Source: Nannocystis bainbridge (GTDB lineage Bacteria; Myxococcota_A; Polyangia; Nannocystales; Nannocystaceae). Taken from it: a stretch of 64,000 bases of DNA. A program made the translations under genes and the position numbers. Positions 1 through 8,533 of the stretch are shown piece after piece (within the stretch, counting starts at the first letter, position 1; every line of letters begins with the position of its first letter). The notes under the pieces were generated by a model, which saw only the letters and a list, made by a program, of their open reading frames with translations, was not told the DNA's origin and made no database searches. Where the stretch lies: positions 3,776,001 through 3,840,000 of the forward strand of contig NZ_JAQNDL010000001.1 in NCBI RefSeq assembly GCF_028368995.1. Reading direction: 5' to 3'.

Positions 1-1
1 C

Positions 2-1435
2 GTGCTCGACGAGCAGCGCGATCGTCTGTACGTCCTGACCCGCTTCGACAACGGCATCTCGATCATCGACACCGACGACCGCGAGGAGATCGCCCACGTC
101 ACCATGCACAACCCCGAGCCGGCGTCGCTGGTGGCCGGGCGGCGCTTCCTCTACGACGCCGCGCTGACCTCGAGCAACGGCGACCAGTCGTGCGCCTCGT
201 GCCATATCTTCGGCGACAAGGACGAGCTCGCGTGGGACCTCGGCGACCCTGACGGCGACGTCACCGCCCCGCCGAACATCCTCAAGGACTCGTTCTTCGG
301 CTTCCAGGTCCCGCTGCACCCCAACAAGGGTCCGATGACCACCCAGAGCTTGCGCGGCCTCGCCAACCACGGGCCGATGCACTGGCGCGGCGATCGCAAC
401 GGCGAGGGTCAGGGCGTCAACGCCCAGCCCAACGGCGGCGCCTTCAGCGAGGTCGCCGCCTTCAACGCCTTCAACGTCGCCTTCGAGGGCCTGCTCGGTC
501 GCAACGAGCCGCTGACGGCCCAGCAGATGCAGGCGTTCACCGACTTCCAGTTGCAGGTGATGTACCCGCCGAACCCGATCCGCGCGCTCGACGACAGCCT
601 CAACGCCGACCAGCAGTTCGGCCGCGACTTCTTCATGAACGTCGAGACTTTCTCGTTCTTGCCCGAGCGCAAGTTCACCTGCGAGGGCTGTCACCGGCTC
701 GACCTCGCCGCCAACCCGACCGACGCTCACCCCGGCTTCTTCGGCAGCGACGGCGAGGTCGTCGGCGGCGAGTTCTCGCAGACCTTCAAGATCCCCCACC
801 TGCGCAACATGTACACCAAGGTCGGGACCTTCGGCTTCCCCGGCGGCGACCCCGTCTTCAACGACCCGATCGCCAGCGGCTTCTACGACCCGAGCCACAA
901 GGGCGACCAGATCCGCGGCTTCGGTTACACCCACGACGGCTCGAAGGACACGCCGATGCGGTTCTTCAACGCCTTTGTCGCCACGCCCGTGACCCCCGGC
1001 GGGTTCACCAACTTCGAGCAGATGCGCAAGGTCGCGGAGTTCACGTTCGCCTTCGACACCAACTTCAAGCCGGTCGTCGGCCAGCAGATCAGCCTCACCG
1101 CCAGCAACGGCCCCGTCGTCGGCCCGCGCATCAACCTGCTGCGCCAGCGCGCCGACGCCGGCGACTGCGACCTGATCGCCAAGGCCCACGTCGGCGGCGT
1201 CGAGCTCGGGCTCTTCTACAGCGGCGGCGCCTACGTCACCAGCTTCTCCTCGATCCCGCCGCTCAGCGACGTCGCGGTGCGCTTCCTGGCCCAGACCGGC
1301 AAGCCCGTCACCTACACCTGCACCCCGCCCGGCTCGGGCTACCGCCTCGGCGTCGACCGCGACGGCGACGGCCACCGCGACGGCGACGAGGTCCTTCACC
1401 ACAGCGACCCGGCCGACCCCAGCGACACCCCGTGA
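2..1435 (+). CDS. 5'-truncated beta-propeller/di-haem cytochrome c peroxidase-like (YncE/MauG-type) secreted protein
   Basis: Two CXXCH motifs (CASCH, CEGCH), MTTQSLRG and FKIPHLRN motifs, C-terminal DRDGDG Ca-binding-type repeat; runs off the window start. Confidence 0.7.
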   Translation: MLDEQRDRLYVLTRFDNGISIIDTDDREEIAHVTMHNPEPASLVAGRRFLYDAALTSSNGDQSCASCHIFGDKDELAWDLGDPDGDVTAPPNILKDSFFGFQVPLHPNKGPMTTQSLRGLANHGPMHWRGDRNGEGQGVNAQPNGGAFSEVAAFNAFNVAFEGLLGRNEPLTAQQMQAFTDFQLQVMYPPNPIRALDDSLNADQQFGRDFFMNVETFSFLPERKFTCEGCHRLDLAANPTDAHPGFFGSDGEVVGGEFSQTFKIPHLRNMYTKVGTFGFPGGDPVFNDPIASGFYDPSHKGDQIRGFGYTHDGSKDTPMRFFNAFVATPVTPGGFTNFEQMRKVAEFTFAFDTNFKPVVGQQISLTASNGPVVGPRINLLRQRADAGDCDLIAKAHVGGVELGLFYSGGAYVTSFSSIPPLSDVAVRFLAQTGKPVTYTCTPPGSGYRLGVDRDGDGHRDGDEVLHHSDPADPSDTP

Positions 1436-1641
1436 GCGGCGGCGCCTGCGAGGATATGTCTTTCGGGACATATCCTCGGGGCGCGCGATTCGACCTGTCC
1501 CGAAGGACATCCATGGCGCGGCCTCGCATCGGGCTCGCGCCGCGCGCAGGTGCACCCCTGTTCAGGACGGCGCCTGCCGCGCGGGAACGCACCTTTCATC
1601 GGCTTCACCGCCGAGGGCGCTCGAGCTGATATCCTCGGCCC

Positions 1642-3720
1642 GTGATCCTCGACCCTCAGCTCGCCCGGCTGGCTGAGTGGTTCGCGGCGCTCCAGGGGCG
1701 AGCCGGCGAGCTGCTCGACCAGCGTTTGCGCGGAGACTGCCTCGGCGGCCTGGAGCAGGTGGCGCTGACGCTCGAGCAGCAGATACAGCCGCCGCTCGCG
1801 CCGGAGGAGGCGCTCGTCACCCTCGCGGACGACGACAACCGCCACCCGCTGTCGCGCACGCGCTGGCGGGCGGTGCTCGAGCACGAGATCCGGCCGGCCA
1901 TCCACGGCGCCCGCGACACCCTCACCGCCACCGCCGCCTCCTTCTCCGAGGGCATGGCGGCCGCCGGGCTGCTGACCGACCTCGCGCGCACCGTCGCCGA
2001 GGAGCCCGAGATCTACTTCCTCGAGCGCGCCGCCCCGGACGACGGCGACGACGCCCCGACCGAGCCGGAGCAGATCGCCGTGCCGCTGCGCCGCTGGCTC
2101 GGCGAGGTGTTCGCCGAGCCGGTGCGCGGCCTCGTCGAGGAGCTCACGCGCCGCGCCGCCGCCCTCGCCCGCGACGCCGCCGCCGAGCTCGAGCGCATCG
2201 AAACCGTGCTCGACTACCACCTCTTCATCGTCGAGGACAGCCGCGAGGTCGACGCGCGCGACGAGTCGGCCCACACCGGCCTCGGCCACGCGATCCGCCT
2301 GGTGCGCGCGCTGTCCGAGCGGACCGCTCGCGGCGTCCGGCGCCTGTTCGAGTGGTTCGTCGCCGAGAGCTCCGCGCGCATGGACGACGCCCTCGCCCCG
2401 CTGCGCACCCACCGGCCCGACGAGCTCCTGCAGCAGCTCGAGGCGCGCGCTGCCCGGTCGCGCGCCTCGTGGCTCCGAGCCCAGCGCGACCGCGCACGCC
2501 TCGGCGCTCTGGCGCTCTACGGTCGCGCCGCGCCGGTAGTCCGCGAGCTGGCCCAGGACGTGCGCCGCACCTTCACCGGCGAGGGCCCGCGGGTCGGCTA
2601 CTGGGACCTCCTGATCGCCGGAGAGAACCGCGCCGGCAGCCTGCCCGCGATCTACCGGCGCCTGTTCGGCGAGGTCCCGCTCGGCCTGTCGGACCTCTAC
2701 CAGCACCGCCTGCGCCTCGAGGCCCCGTGCCGCGAGGTGTTCCAGACCTGGCTCGCCGGCCAGCGCGTCGCCTTGCTCGTCACCGGCGATCGCGGGGCCG
2801 GCAAGCGCACCCTCGTCAACCGCGTGCGCGCCGAGCTGCACGGCGAGCTCCCGGTCCACTGGATCTCCATGGGCCCGCACCTGGCCAGCGAGGCCCGCCT
2901 GTGCGCCGCCCTGTGCGAGGCCACCGGCGCCCCCTACGCCGGCAGCTTCCGCGAGTTCGCGCGGACCGTCCCGCTGATCGGCGGGCGGCGGGTGCTGATC
3001 CTCGAGAACGCCGAGCAGCTGTTCGTGCGCACCCCCGAGGGCCTCGCGCGCATGCAGGCCTTCCTCGACCTGGTCCGCGGCACCGACGAGGCGATCCTGT
3101 GGGTCGTGTTGATGGCCGCGCCCGCGGCCACGCTGCTCGAGACCTGCCTGCGGCTGCCGCTGTACTTCGGCCAGGTCGTGCACGTCCCGGCCGAGAGCGG
3201 GCGCTTCATCGAGAGCATGATCCGCTCGCGCCACCGCGTCAGCGGCTTCGGCCTCGGCTTCCGCGAGCGCCGCGCCCCCGCGCTACAGCGGCTGCGGCGG
3301 CCGTTCACCCGCGCCGACATGCTGCCCGACCCGGGCGAGGAGTGGTTCACCGACCTCGAGCGCATGTGCGGCGGCAACCTGCGGCAGGCGCTCGACTACT
3401 GGCTGCTCTCGGCCCGCCTCGACGCCAAGACCCAACACGACATCCTCGTGCGCCCGCTGCCGCGCCGCCGCGGCACCGCGCTGAACGACCTGTCGCTGCC
3501 GCAGCGGCAGGTGCTGGTCAGCCTGGTCCAGCACGGCGCGCTGACCGAGGGGCAGCTGCAGGAGATCGTGCGCACCACGGCCGGCGGCATCGGTCCCGAG
3601 ATCGACGACCTGCGCCGGCGCCACCTCGTCGACCAGGGCGGGCCCGGCGGCTTCCTCACTCTCCGTCCCACCGCCGTCGGCCCCGTCACCCACGACCTCC
3701 GCTGGCGCAGCATGATCTGA
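1642..3720 (+). CDS. P-loop AAA-family ATPase with helical N-terminus and C-terminal wHTH-like region
   Basis: Walker A GDRGAGKRT, Walker B-like LILENAE; high GC3 coding pattern. Confidence 0.7.
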   Translation: MILDPQLARLAEWFAALQGRAGELLDQRLRGDCLGGLEQVALTLEQQIQPPLAPEEALVTLADDDNRHPLSRTRWRAVLEHEIRPAIHGARDTLTATAASFSEGMAAAGLLTDLARTVAEEPEIYFLERAAPDDGDDAPTEPEQIAVPLRRWLGEVFAEPVRGLVEELTRRAAALARDAAAELERIETVLDYHLFIVEDSREVDARDESAHTGLGHAIRLVRALSERTARGVRRLFEWFVAESSARMDDALAPLRTHRPDELLQQLEARAARSRASWLRAQRDRARLGALALYGRAAPVVRELAQDVRRTFTGEGPRVGYWDLLIAGENRAGSLPAIYRRLFGEVPLGLSDLYQHRLRLEAPCREVFQTWLAGQRVALLVTGDRGAGKRTLVNRVRAELHGELPVHWISMGPHLASEARLCAALCEATGAPYAGSFREFARTVPLIGGRRVLILENAEQLFVRTPEGLARMQAFLDLVRGTDEAILWVVLMAAPAATLLETCLRLPLYFGQVVHVPAESGRFIESMIRSRHRVSGFGLGFRERRAPALQRLRRPFTRADMLPDPGEEWFTDLERMCGGNLRQALDYWLLSARLDAKTQHDILVRPLPRRRGTALNDLSLPQRQVLVSLVQHGALTEGQLQEIVRTTAGGIGPEIDDLRRRHLVDQGGPGGFLTLRPTAVGPVTHDLRWRSMI

Positions 3721-3744
3721 CCCTCAGGACATGTCCTTTTGACC

Positions 3745-5997
3745 ATGGTCTTCGGCACAGCCGTCATGACGCTCACGGACACCGCCGCCCAGGCCGGCGC
3801 AGCCGGCGAGGTGGTCCTCAAGTCGCTCGGGCACCACGCGGTGTTCTTGCTGCTGCTGCAGCTCGCGGTGCTGCTGGCGACCGCGCGGCTGCTCGGCGAG
3901 CTGCTGCGCAAGTTGAAGCAGCCGGCGGTGATCGGCGAGCTGGCCGCCGGGGTGCTGCTCGGGCCCTCCGTGCTCGGCGCGCTGGCGCCCGAGCTGCAGC
4001 ATTACGTGTTCCCGCGCGACCAGCACCAGGCCGACCTGCTGTCGGTGGTGTCGTGGCTCGGCGTCCTGTTCCTCATCATCGTCACCGGGCTCGAGACCGA
4101 CATCGGCCTCATCAAGCGCCGGGGCAAGAGCGCGCTGCTGATCTCGAGCTGCGGGATCACCATCCCGCTGCTCGCCGGCGCCACCTTCGGCTGGTACTTG
4201 CCCGAGGTCTACCTGGCCGACCCGAGCAAGCGGCTGGTGTTCGCGCTGTTCATGGCGGTGTCGATGAGCATCTGCGCGGTCCCGGTGATCGCCAAGGTGC
4301 TGATGGACCTCAAGCTGATCCGGCGCGACATCGGCCAGCTGATCCTCGCCTCGGCGATGACCGACGACACCGTCGGGTGGATCCTGCTCGCCGTCGTCGC
4401 CGGCCTCGCCACCGCCGGGCAGGTCGACCCGGTCTCCGTCGCCGAGGCCGTCGGCGGCGCGCTGGTGTTCCTCGGCCTGATGTTGACCGTCGGCGTGCCG
4501 ATCGTCGCGCGCATCATCTCCGGCGTCGACCGGCGGATCGGCGGCGTCAACGCCCAGACCTCGCTGGTCATCGCCCTCGCCCTCGGGGCCGCCGCGCTGA
4601 CCCACCAGATGGGCATCGAGGCCGTGCTCGGCGCCTTCGCCATCGGCATCCTCGCCGGCCAGGCCCCGCGGTTCCGCCGCGAGGTCGGGCACACCCTCGA
4701 GGTCGTCACCGCCAGCTTCCTCGCCCCGATCTTCTTCGCGTCGGCCGGCGTCAAGGTCGACCTCGCGCGGCTCGCCAACCAGGAGGTCGCGCTCGTCGGC
4801 CTCGCCGTGCTCGGGCTCGCGTGCGCGTGCAAGATCGCCGGCGTCTACGTCGGCGCCGCCCTGGCCCGCCTGACGCACTGGGAGCGGCTGGCCATGGGCT
4901 TCGGCATGAACGCCCGCGGCGCCATGGAGATCGTCGTCGCCACCGTCGGCCTCGGCCTCGGCATCCTCACCATCGAGCTCTACTCGATCATCGTCATGGT
5001 CGCGATCGTGACCTCGATGATGGCGCCGCCGATGCTGCGGTGGGCGCTGTCGCGGGTGAAGATGGGCGAGAGCGAGGCGCGGCGGCTCGAGGCCGAGGCG
5101 ATCGCCGCCAGCAGCTTCATCCGCCAGATCCGCCGGGTCCTGCTCGTCACCCGGCACGCGCACAGCTTCGACCTGCCGGCGCAGATCATCGGCTACATCA
5201 GCCACAAGCAGCCGATCGAGGCCACCGCCGTGTACGCCCGGCCGCTGGCCGTGCGGCGCCCGTGGTGGCAGTTCTGGAGCCGTCGCGGCCGGCGTTACGC
5301 GGCGGTCGGCGCCAAGGCGCTCGAGCGGATCGGCCGGCCGCTGCGGCTGCTCAAGGGTTCGCGGCCCGAGCTCAAGATCATCAGCGACCCTGACCCGGCC
5401 GAGCAGGTGTTGACCGAGGCGCACCGCGACTACGAGCTGCTGGTGCTGGGCGAGGTCCACCGCGGCACCGAGGCGCTGTTCGGGCCGATGGCCGACCGCA
5501 TCATCCACAAGGCCCCGTGCCCGACCCTGATCGTGCGCGAGCCGGCGCGGGAGCTCGTGCCCGGGCAGCCGCCGCTCTATCGCCTGTGGTCGCCGAAGAA
5601 GATCCTCGTGCCCACCGTCGGCACCGAGTACAGCAAGAACGCCGTCGAGCTCGCGGCCGTGCTCGCGGCCAGCACCAAGGCCGAGGTCACGATCCTCCAC
5701 ATCTCGCGCACCGGCTCGAACGACGTCGACTCCGCGCGGCCGCACGAGATCGGCGCTCAGATCGTCGCTCGCGAGGCCGAGCGGGCCAAGAAGTTCGGCG
5801 CCAGCGTCGAGACCGTCGTCCTCGAGGGCGCCCGGCCCGAAGAGGACATCGTCCACCTGGCCGCGCAGGGGAGCTTCGACCTCATCGTGCTCGGCAGCAG
5901 CCTGCGCGCCGTCTCGGCCCGCGCCTTCTTCGGCCACCGCGTCGAGAGCGTGCTGAAGAACGCCCCCTGCCCGGTCCTGCTGCTGAGCGCCGGTTGA
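3745..5997 (+). CDS. CPA2 cation:proton antiporter fused to C-terminal universal stress protein (USP) domains, copy 1
   Basis: About 12 TM helices, GELAAGVLLGPS, AMTDD and GMNARGAMEI motifs; USP motifs KILVPTVG and FFGHRVESVLKNAPCPVL; start 3745 or 3766. Confidence 0.88.
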   Translation: MVFGTAVMTLTDTAAQAGAAGEVVLKSLGHHAVFLLLLQLAVLLATARLLGELLRKLKQPAVIGELAAGVLLGPSVLGALAPELQHYVFPRDQHQADLLSVVSWLGVLFLIIVTGLETDIGLIKRRGKSALLISSCGITIPLLAGATFGWYLPEVYLADPSKRLVFALFMAVSMSICAVPVIAKVLMDLKLIRRDIGQLILASAMTDDTVGWILLAVVAGLATAGQVDPVSVAEAVGGALVFLGLMLTVGVPIVARIISGVDRRIGGVNAQTSLVIALALGAAALTHQMGIEAVLGAFAIGILAGQAPRFRREVGHTLEVVTASFLAPIFFASAGVKVDLARLANQEVALVGLAVLGLACACKIAGVYVGAALARLTHWERLAMGFGMNARGAMEIVVATVGLGLGILTIELYSIIVMVAIVTSMMAPPMLRWALSRVKMGESEARRLEAEAIAASSFIRQIRRVLLVTRHAHSFDLPAQIIGYISHKQPIEATAVYARPLAVRRPWWQFWSRRGRRYAAVGAKALERIGRPLRLLKGSRPELKIISDPDPAEQVLTEAHRDYELLVLGEVHRGTEALFGPMADRIIHKAPCPTLIVREPARELVPGQPPLYRLWSPKKILVPTVGTEYSKNAVELAAVLAASTKAEVTILHISRTGSNDVDSARPHEIGAQIVAREAERAKKFGASVETVVLEGARPEEDIVHLAAQGSFDLIVLGSSLRAVSARAFFGHRVESVLKNAPCPVLLLSAG

Positions 5998-6037
5998 TCT
6001 GGCCGCGTGGCTCGAAATAGCCCGGCGATGGCGCGCT

Positions 6038-6057
6038 TCACGAAGCGCGCTTCGTGA
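6038..6057. promoter_or_regulatory. Perfect 20-bp palindrome TCACGAAGCGCGCTTCGTGA upstream of antiporter copy 2 (candidate operator)
   Basis: Exact inverted repeat followed by AT-rich TACATAAAAT. Confidence 0.4.
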
Positions 6058-6156
6058 TACATAAAATTCCGAGGATCACCGTCGCGACCGGTCTCGCCGG
6101 GGGCTTTCGCGGCATCGACCCCTCCCGGGCGCGTCCTGAGCGGACCTGAGGCACCT

Positions 6157-8451
6157 GTGACGGCGACCATGTCCTTCTGCGCCACCCTCGCGTCCTCCTT
6201 CGATCTCTCGCTGCTCGCGGCCCTGAGCGAGCCCGCGGCCGAGGCTGCGGCCGCCGCCCCGGCCGTCCTCAAGGGCCTGTCGCACCACGCCGTCCTCATG
6301 CTGCTGGTGCAGATCGCCGTGCTGTTGGCGACCGCGCGCTTCCTCGGCGAGATCATGCGCAAGTTGAAGCAGCCGCCGGTGGTCGGCGAGCTGATGGCGG
6401 GCGTCGTGCTCGGGCCCTCGGTGCTCGGCATCGCCTGGCCCGAGGCGCAGCACCTGCTGTTCCCCAAGGACCAGCACCTCGCCGACCTGCTGTCCGCGAT
6501 CTCGTGGATCGGCGTGCTGTTCCTGCTGATCTGCACCGGCCTCGAGACCGACCTCGGCCTCATCAAGCGGCGCGGCAAGACGGCGCTGATGATCTCGGCC
6601 GGCGGCATTTTGGTCCCGTTCGCCACCGGCTTCGCCCTGGGTCAGTTCATCGACTCGGCCTACCTCGCCAACCCTGACATGCGGCTGGTGTTCAGCCTGT
6701 TCATGGCCGTGGCGATGAGCATCTCGGCGGTGCCGGTGATCGCCAAGGTCCTGATGGACCTCAAGTTGATCCGGCGCGACATCGGTCAGCTGATTTTGGC
6801 CGCGGCGATGACCGACGACACCATCGGGTGGATCTTGCTCGCGGTGGTCGCCGGCCTGGCCAAGACCGGCGTGGTCGACGTCGTCACCGCGCTCAAGTCG
6901 GTCGGCGGCGCGGTCGTCTTCATGCTGTTCGCCTTCACGCTCGGCGCGCCGCTGATCGCCCGGGTCATGGCCACCGTCGACAAGCGGTTCGGCGGCGCCG
7001 GCTCGCAGATGTCATTGGTCCTGGCGCTCGCGTTCGCCACCGCCGCCTTGACCCACGAGATGGGCATCGAGGCCGTGCTCGGCGCCTTCACTGTCGGCAT
7101 CCTCGCCGGTCAGGCTCCGCGGTTCCGCCACGAGGTCGGGCACACCCTCGAGCTCGTCACCGCCAGCTTCCTCGCCCCGATCTTCTTCGCCTCGGCTGGC
7201 GTCAAGGTCGACCTCATGCGCCTCGCCGACCCCGAGGTCGCCCTCGTCGGCGCCGTCGTGCTCGCCATCGCCTGCTTCGGCAAGTTCGTCGGCTGCTATC
7301 TCGGCGCCTGGGCGTGCAAGATTCCCCACTGGGAGCGGCTCGCGCTCGGCTCCGGCATGAACGCCCGCGGCGCCATGGAGATCATCGTCGCCACCATCGG
7401 CCTCAGCCTCGGCGTCCTCACCGTCGAGATGTACTCGATCGTCGTCATGGTCGCGATCGCCACCTCGCTGATGGCCCCGCCGCTGCTGCGCTGGACCCTC
7501 TCCAAGGTCCGCATGGGCGAGACCGAGGCCAAGCGGCTCGAGATGGAGGCGCTGGCGGCCAGCAGCTTCATCCGCCAGGTGCGGCGCGTCCTGCTGGTCG
7601 GGCGCAGCGCCACCCGCTTCGACCTGCCGGCGCAGATCCTCGGCTACCTCAGCCACAAGCAGCCGATCGAGGTCACCGCCGTCTACGCCCGGCCGCAGGC
7701 GGTGCGGACCCCGTGGTGGCGCGGCCTGACGCGGCCGGTGCGGCGGTTCCACGCCGCCGGGGCCAAGGCGCTCGAGCGGATCGGTCGGCCGCTGCGGCTG
7801 CTCAAGGGTTCGCGGCCCGAGCTCAAGGTCATCAGCGACCCTGACCCGGCCGAGCAGGTGTTGGCCGAGGCTGCGCGCGACTACGAGCTCGTCGTGCTCG
7901 GCGAGAGCCACCGCAGCACCGAGGCGCTGTTCGGGCCGATGGCCGACCGCATCATCCACAAGTCGCCGTGCCCGACCCTGGTCGTGCGCGAGCCGGCGAC
8001 CCGGCCGAGCGAGGGCGGCAAGCCGCCGCTGTACCGCGTGTGGACGCCGAAGAAGATCCTCGTGCCGACTGTCGGCACCGAGTACAGCAAGAACGCCGTC
8101 GAGCTCGCGGCCGTGCTCGCCGTCAGCACCAAGGCCGAGGTCACGATCATCCACATCTCGCGCACCGGCTCGAACGACGTCGACAGCGCGCGGCCGCACG
8201 AGATCGGCGCCCAGATCGTCGCCCGCGAGGCCGAGCGGGCCAAGAAGTTCGGCGCCAGCGTCGAGACCGTCGTCACCGAGGGCGCGCGACCCGAGGAGGA
8301 CATCGTCCGCATCGCCGCGCAGGGCGGCTACGACCTGCTCGTCATCGGCAGCAGCCTGCGCGCCGTCTCGGCCCGGGCCTTCTTCGGCCACCGGGTCGAG
8401 AACATGCTGAAGAACGCGCCCTGCCCGGTCGTGCTGCTCAGCGCCGGCTGA
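6157..8451 (+). CDS. CPA2 cation:proton antiporter-USP fusion, copy 2
   Basis: Tandem paralogue of 3745-5997 with the same motifs. Confidence 0.88.
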   Translation: MTATMSFCATLASSFDLSLLAALSEPAAEAAAAAPAVLKGLSHHAVLMLLVQIAVLLATARFLGEIMRKLKQPPVVGELMAGVVLGPSVLGIAWPEAQHLLFPKDQHLADLLSAISWIGVLFLLICTGLETDLGLIKRRGKTALMISAGGILVPFATGFALGQFIDSAYLANPDMRLVFSLFMAVAMSISAVPVIAKVLMDLKLIRRDIGQLILAAAMTDDTIGWILLAVVAGLAKTGVVDVVTALKSVGGAVVFMLFAFTLGAPLIARVMATVDKRFGGAGSQMSLVLALAFATAALTHEMGIEAVLGAFTVGILAGQAPRFRHEVGHTLELVTASFLAPIFFASAGVKVDLMRLADPEVALVGAVVLAIACFGKFVGCYLGAWACKIPHWERLALGSGMNARGAMEIIVATIGLSLGVLTVEMYSIVVMVAIATSLMAPPLLRWTLSKVRMGETEAKRLEMEALAASSFIRQVRRVLLVGRSATRFDLPAQILGYLSHKQPIEVTAVYARPQAVRTPWWRGLTRPVRRFHAAGAKALERIGRPLRLLKGSRPELKVISDPDPAEQVLAEAARDYELVVLGESHRSTEALFGPMADRIIHKSPCPTLVVREPATRPSEGGKPPLYRVWTPKKILVPTVGTEYSKNAVELAAVLAVSTKAEVTIIHISRTGSNDVDSARPHEIGAQIVAREAERAKKFGASVETVVTEGARPEEDIVRIAAQGGYDLLVIGSSLRAVSARAFFGHRVENMLKNAPCPVVLLSAG

Positions 8452-8459
8452 GCCGCGGA

Positions 8460-8529
8460 TGCGCGAAGGGACATGCCCTCGCGGGCATGTCCCTTCATTC
8501 ATGTCCTGGAGGGCATGCCCTCCGGACCA
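8460..8529. repeat. Phased array of five TGTC-N6-GACA-type 14-bp units
   Basis: CATG junctions at 8472, 8486, 8500, 8514 (exact 14-bp period); fills the gap between convergent genes. Confidence 0.85.
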
Positions 8530-8533
8530 GGCA

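Noticed and set aside
1677-5393. Very long alternative-frame ORFs (e.g. 1677-5393, 11596-14739, 21629-24328, 26797-29172)
   Set aside because: Arg/Pro/Ala-rich or antisense shadows of real genes, caused by high GC3
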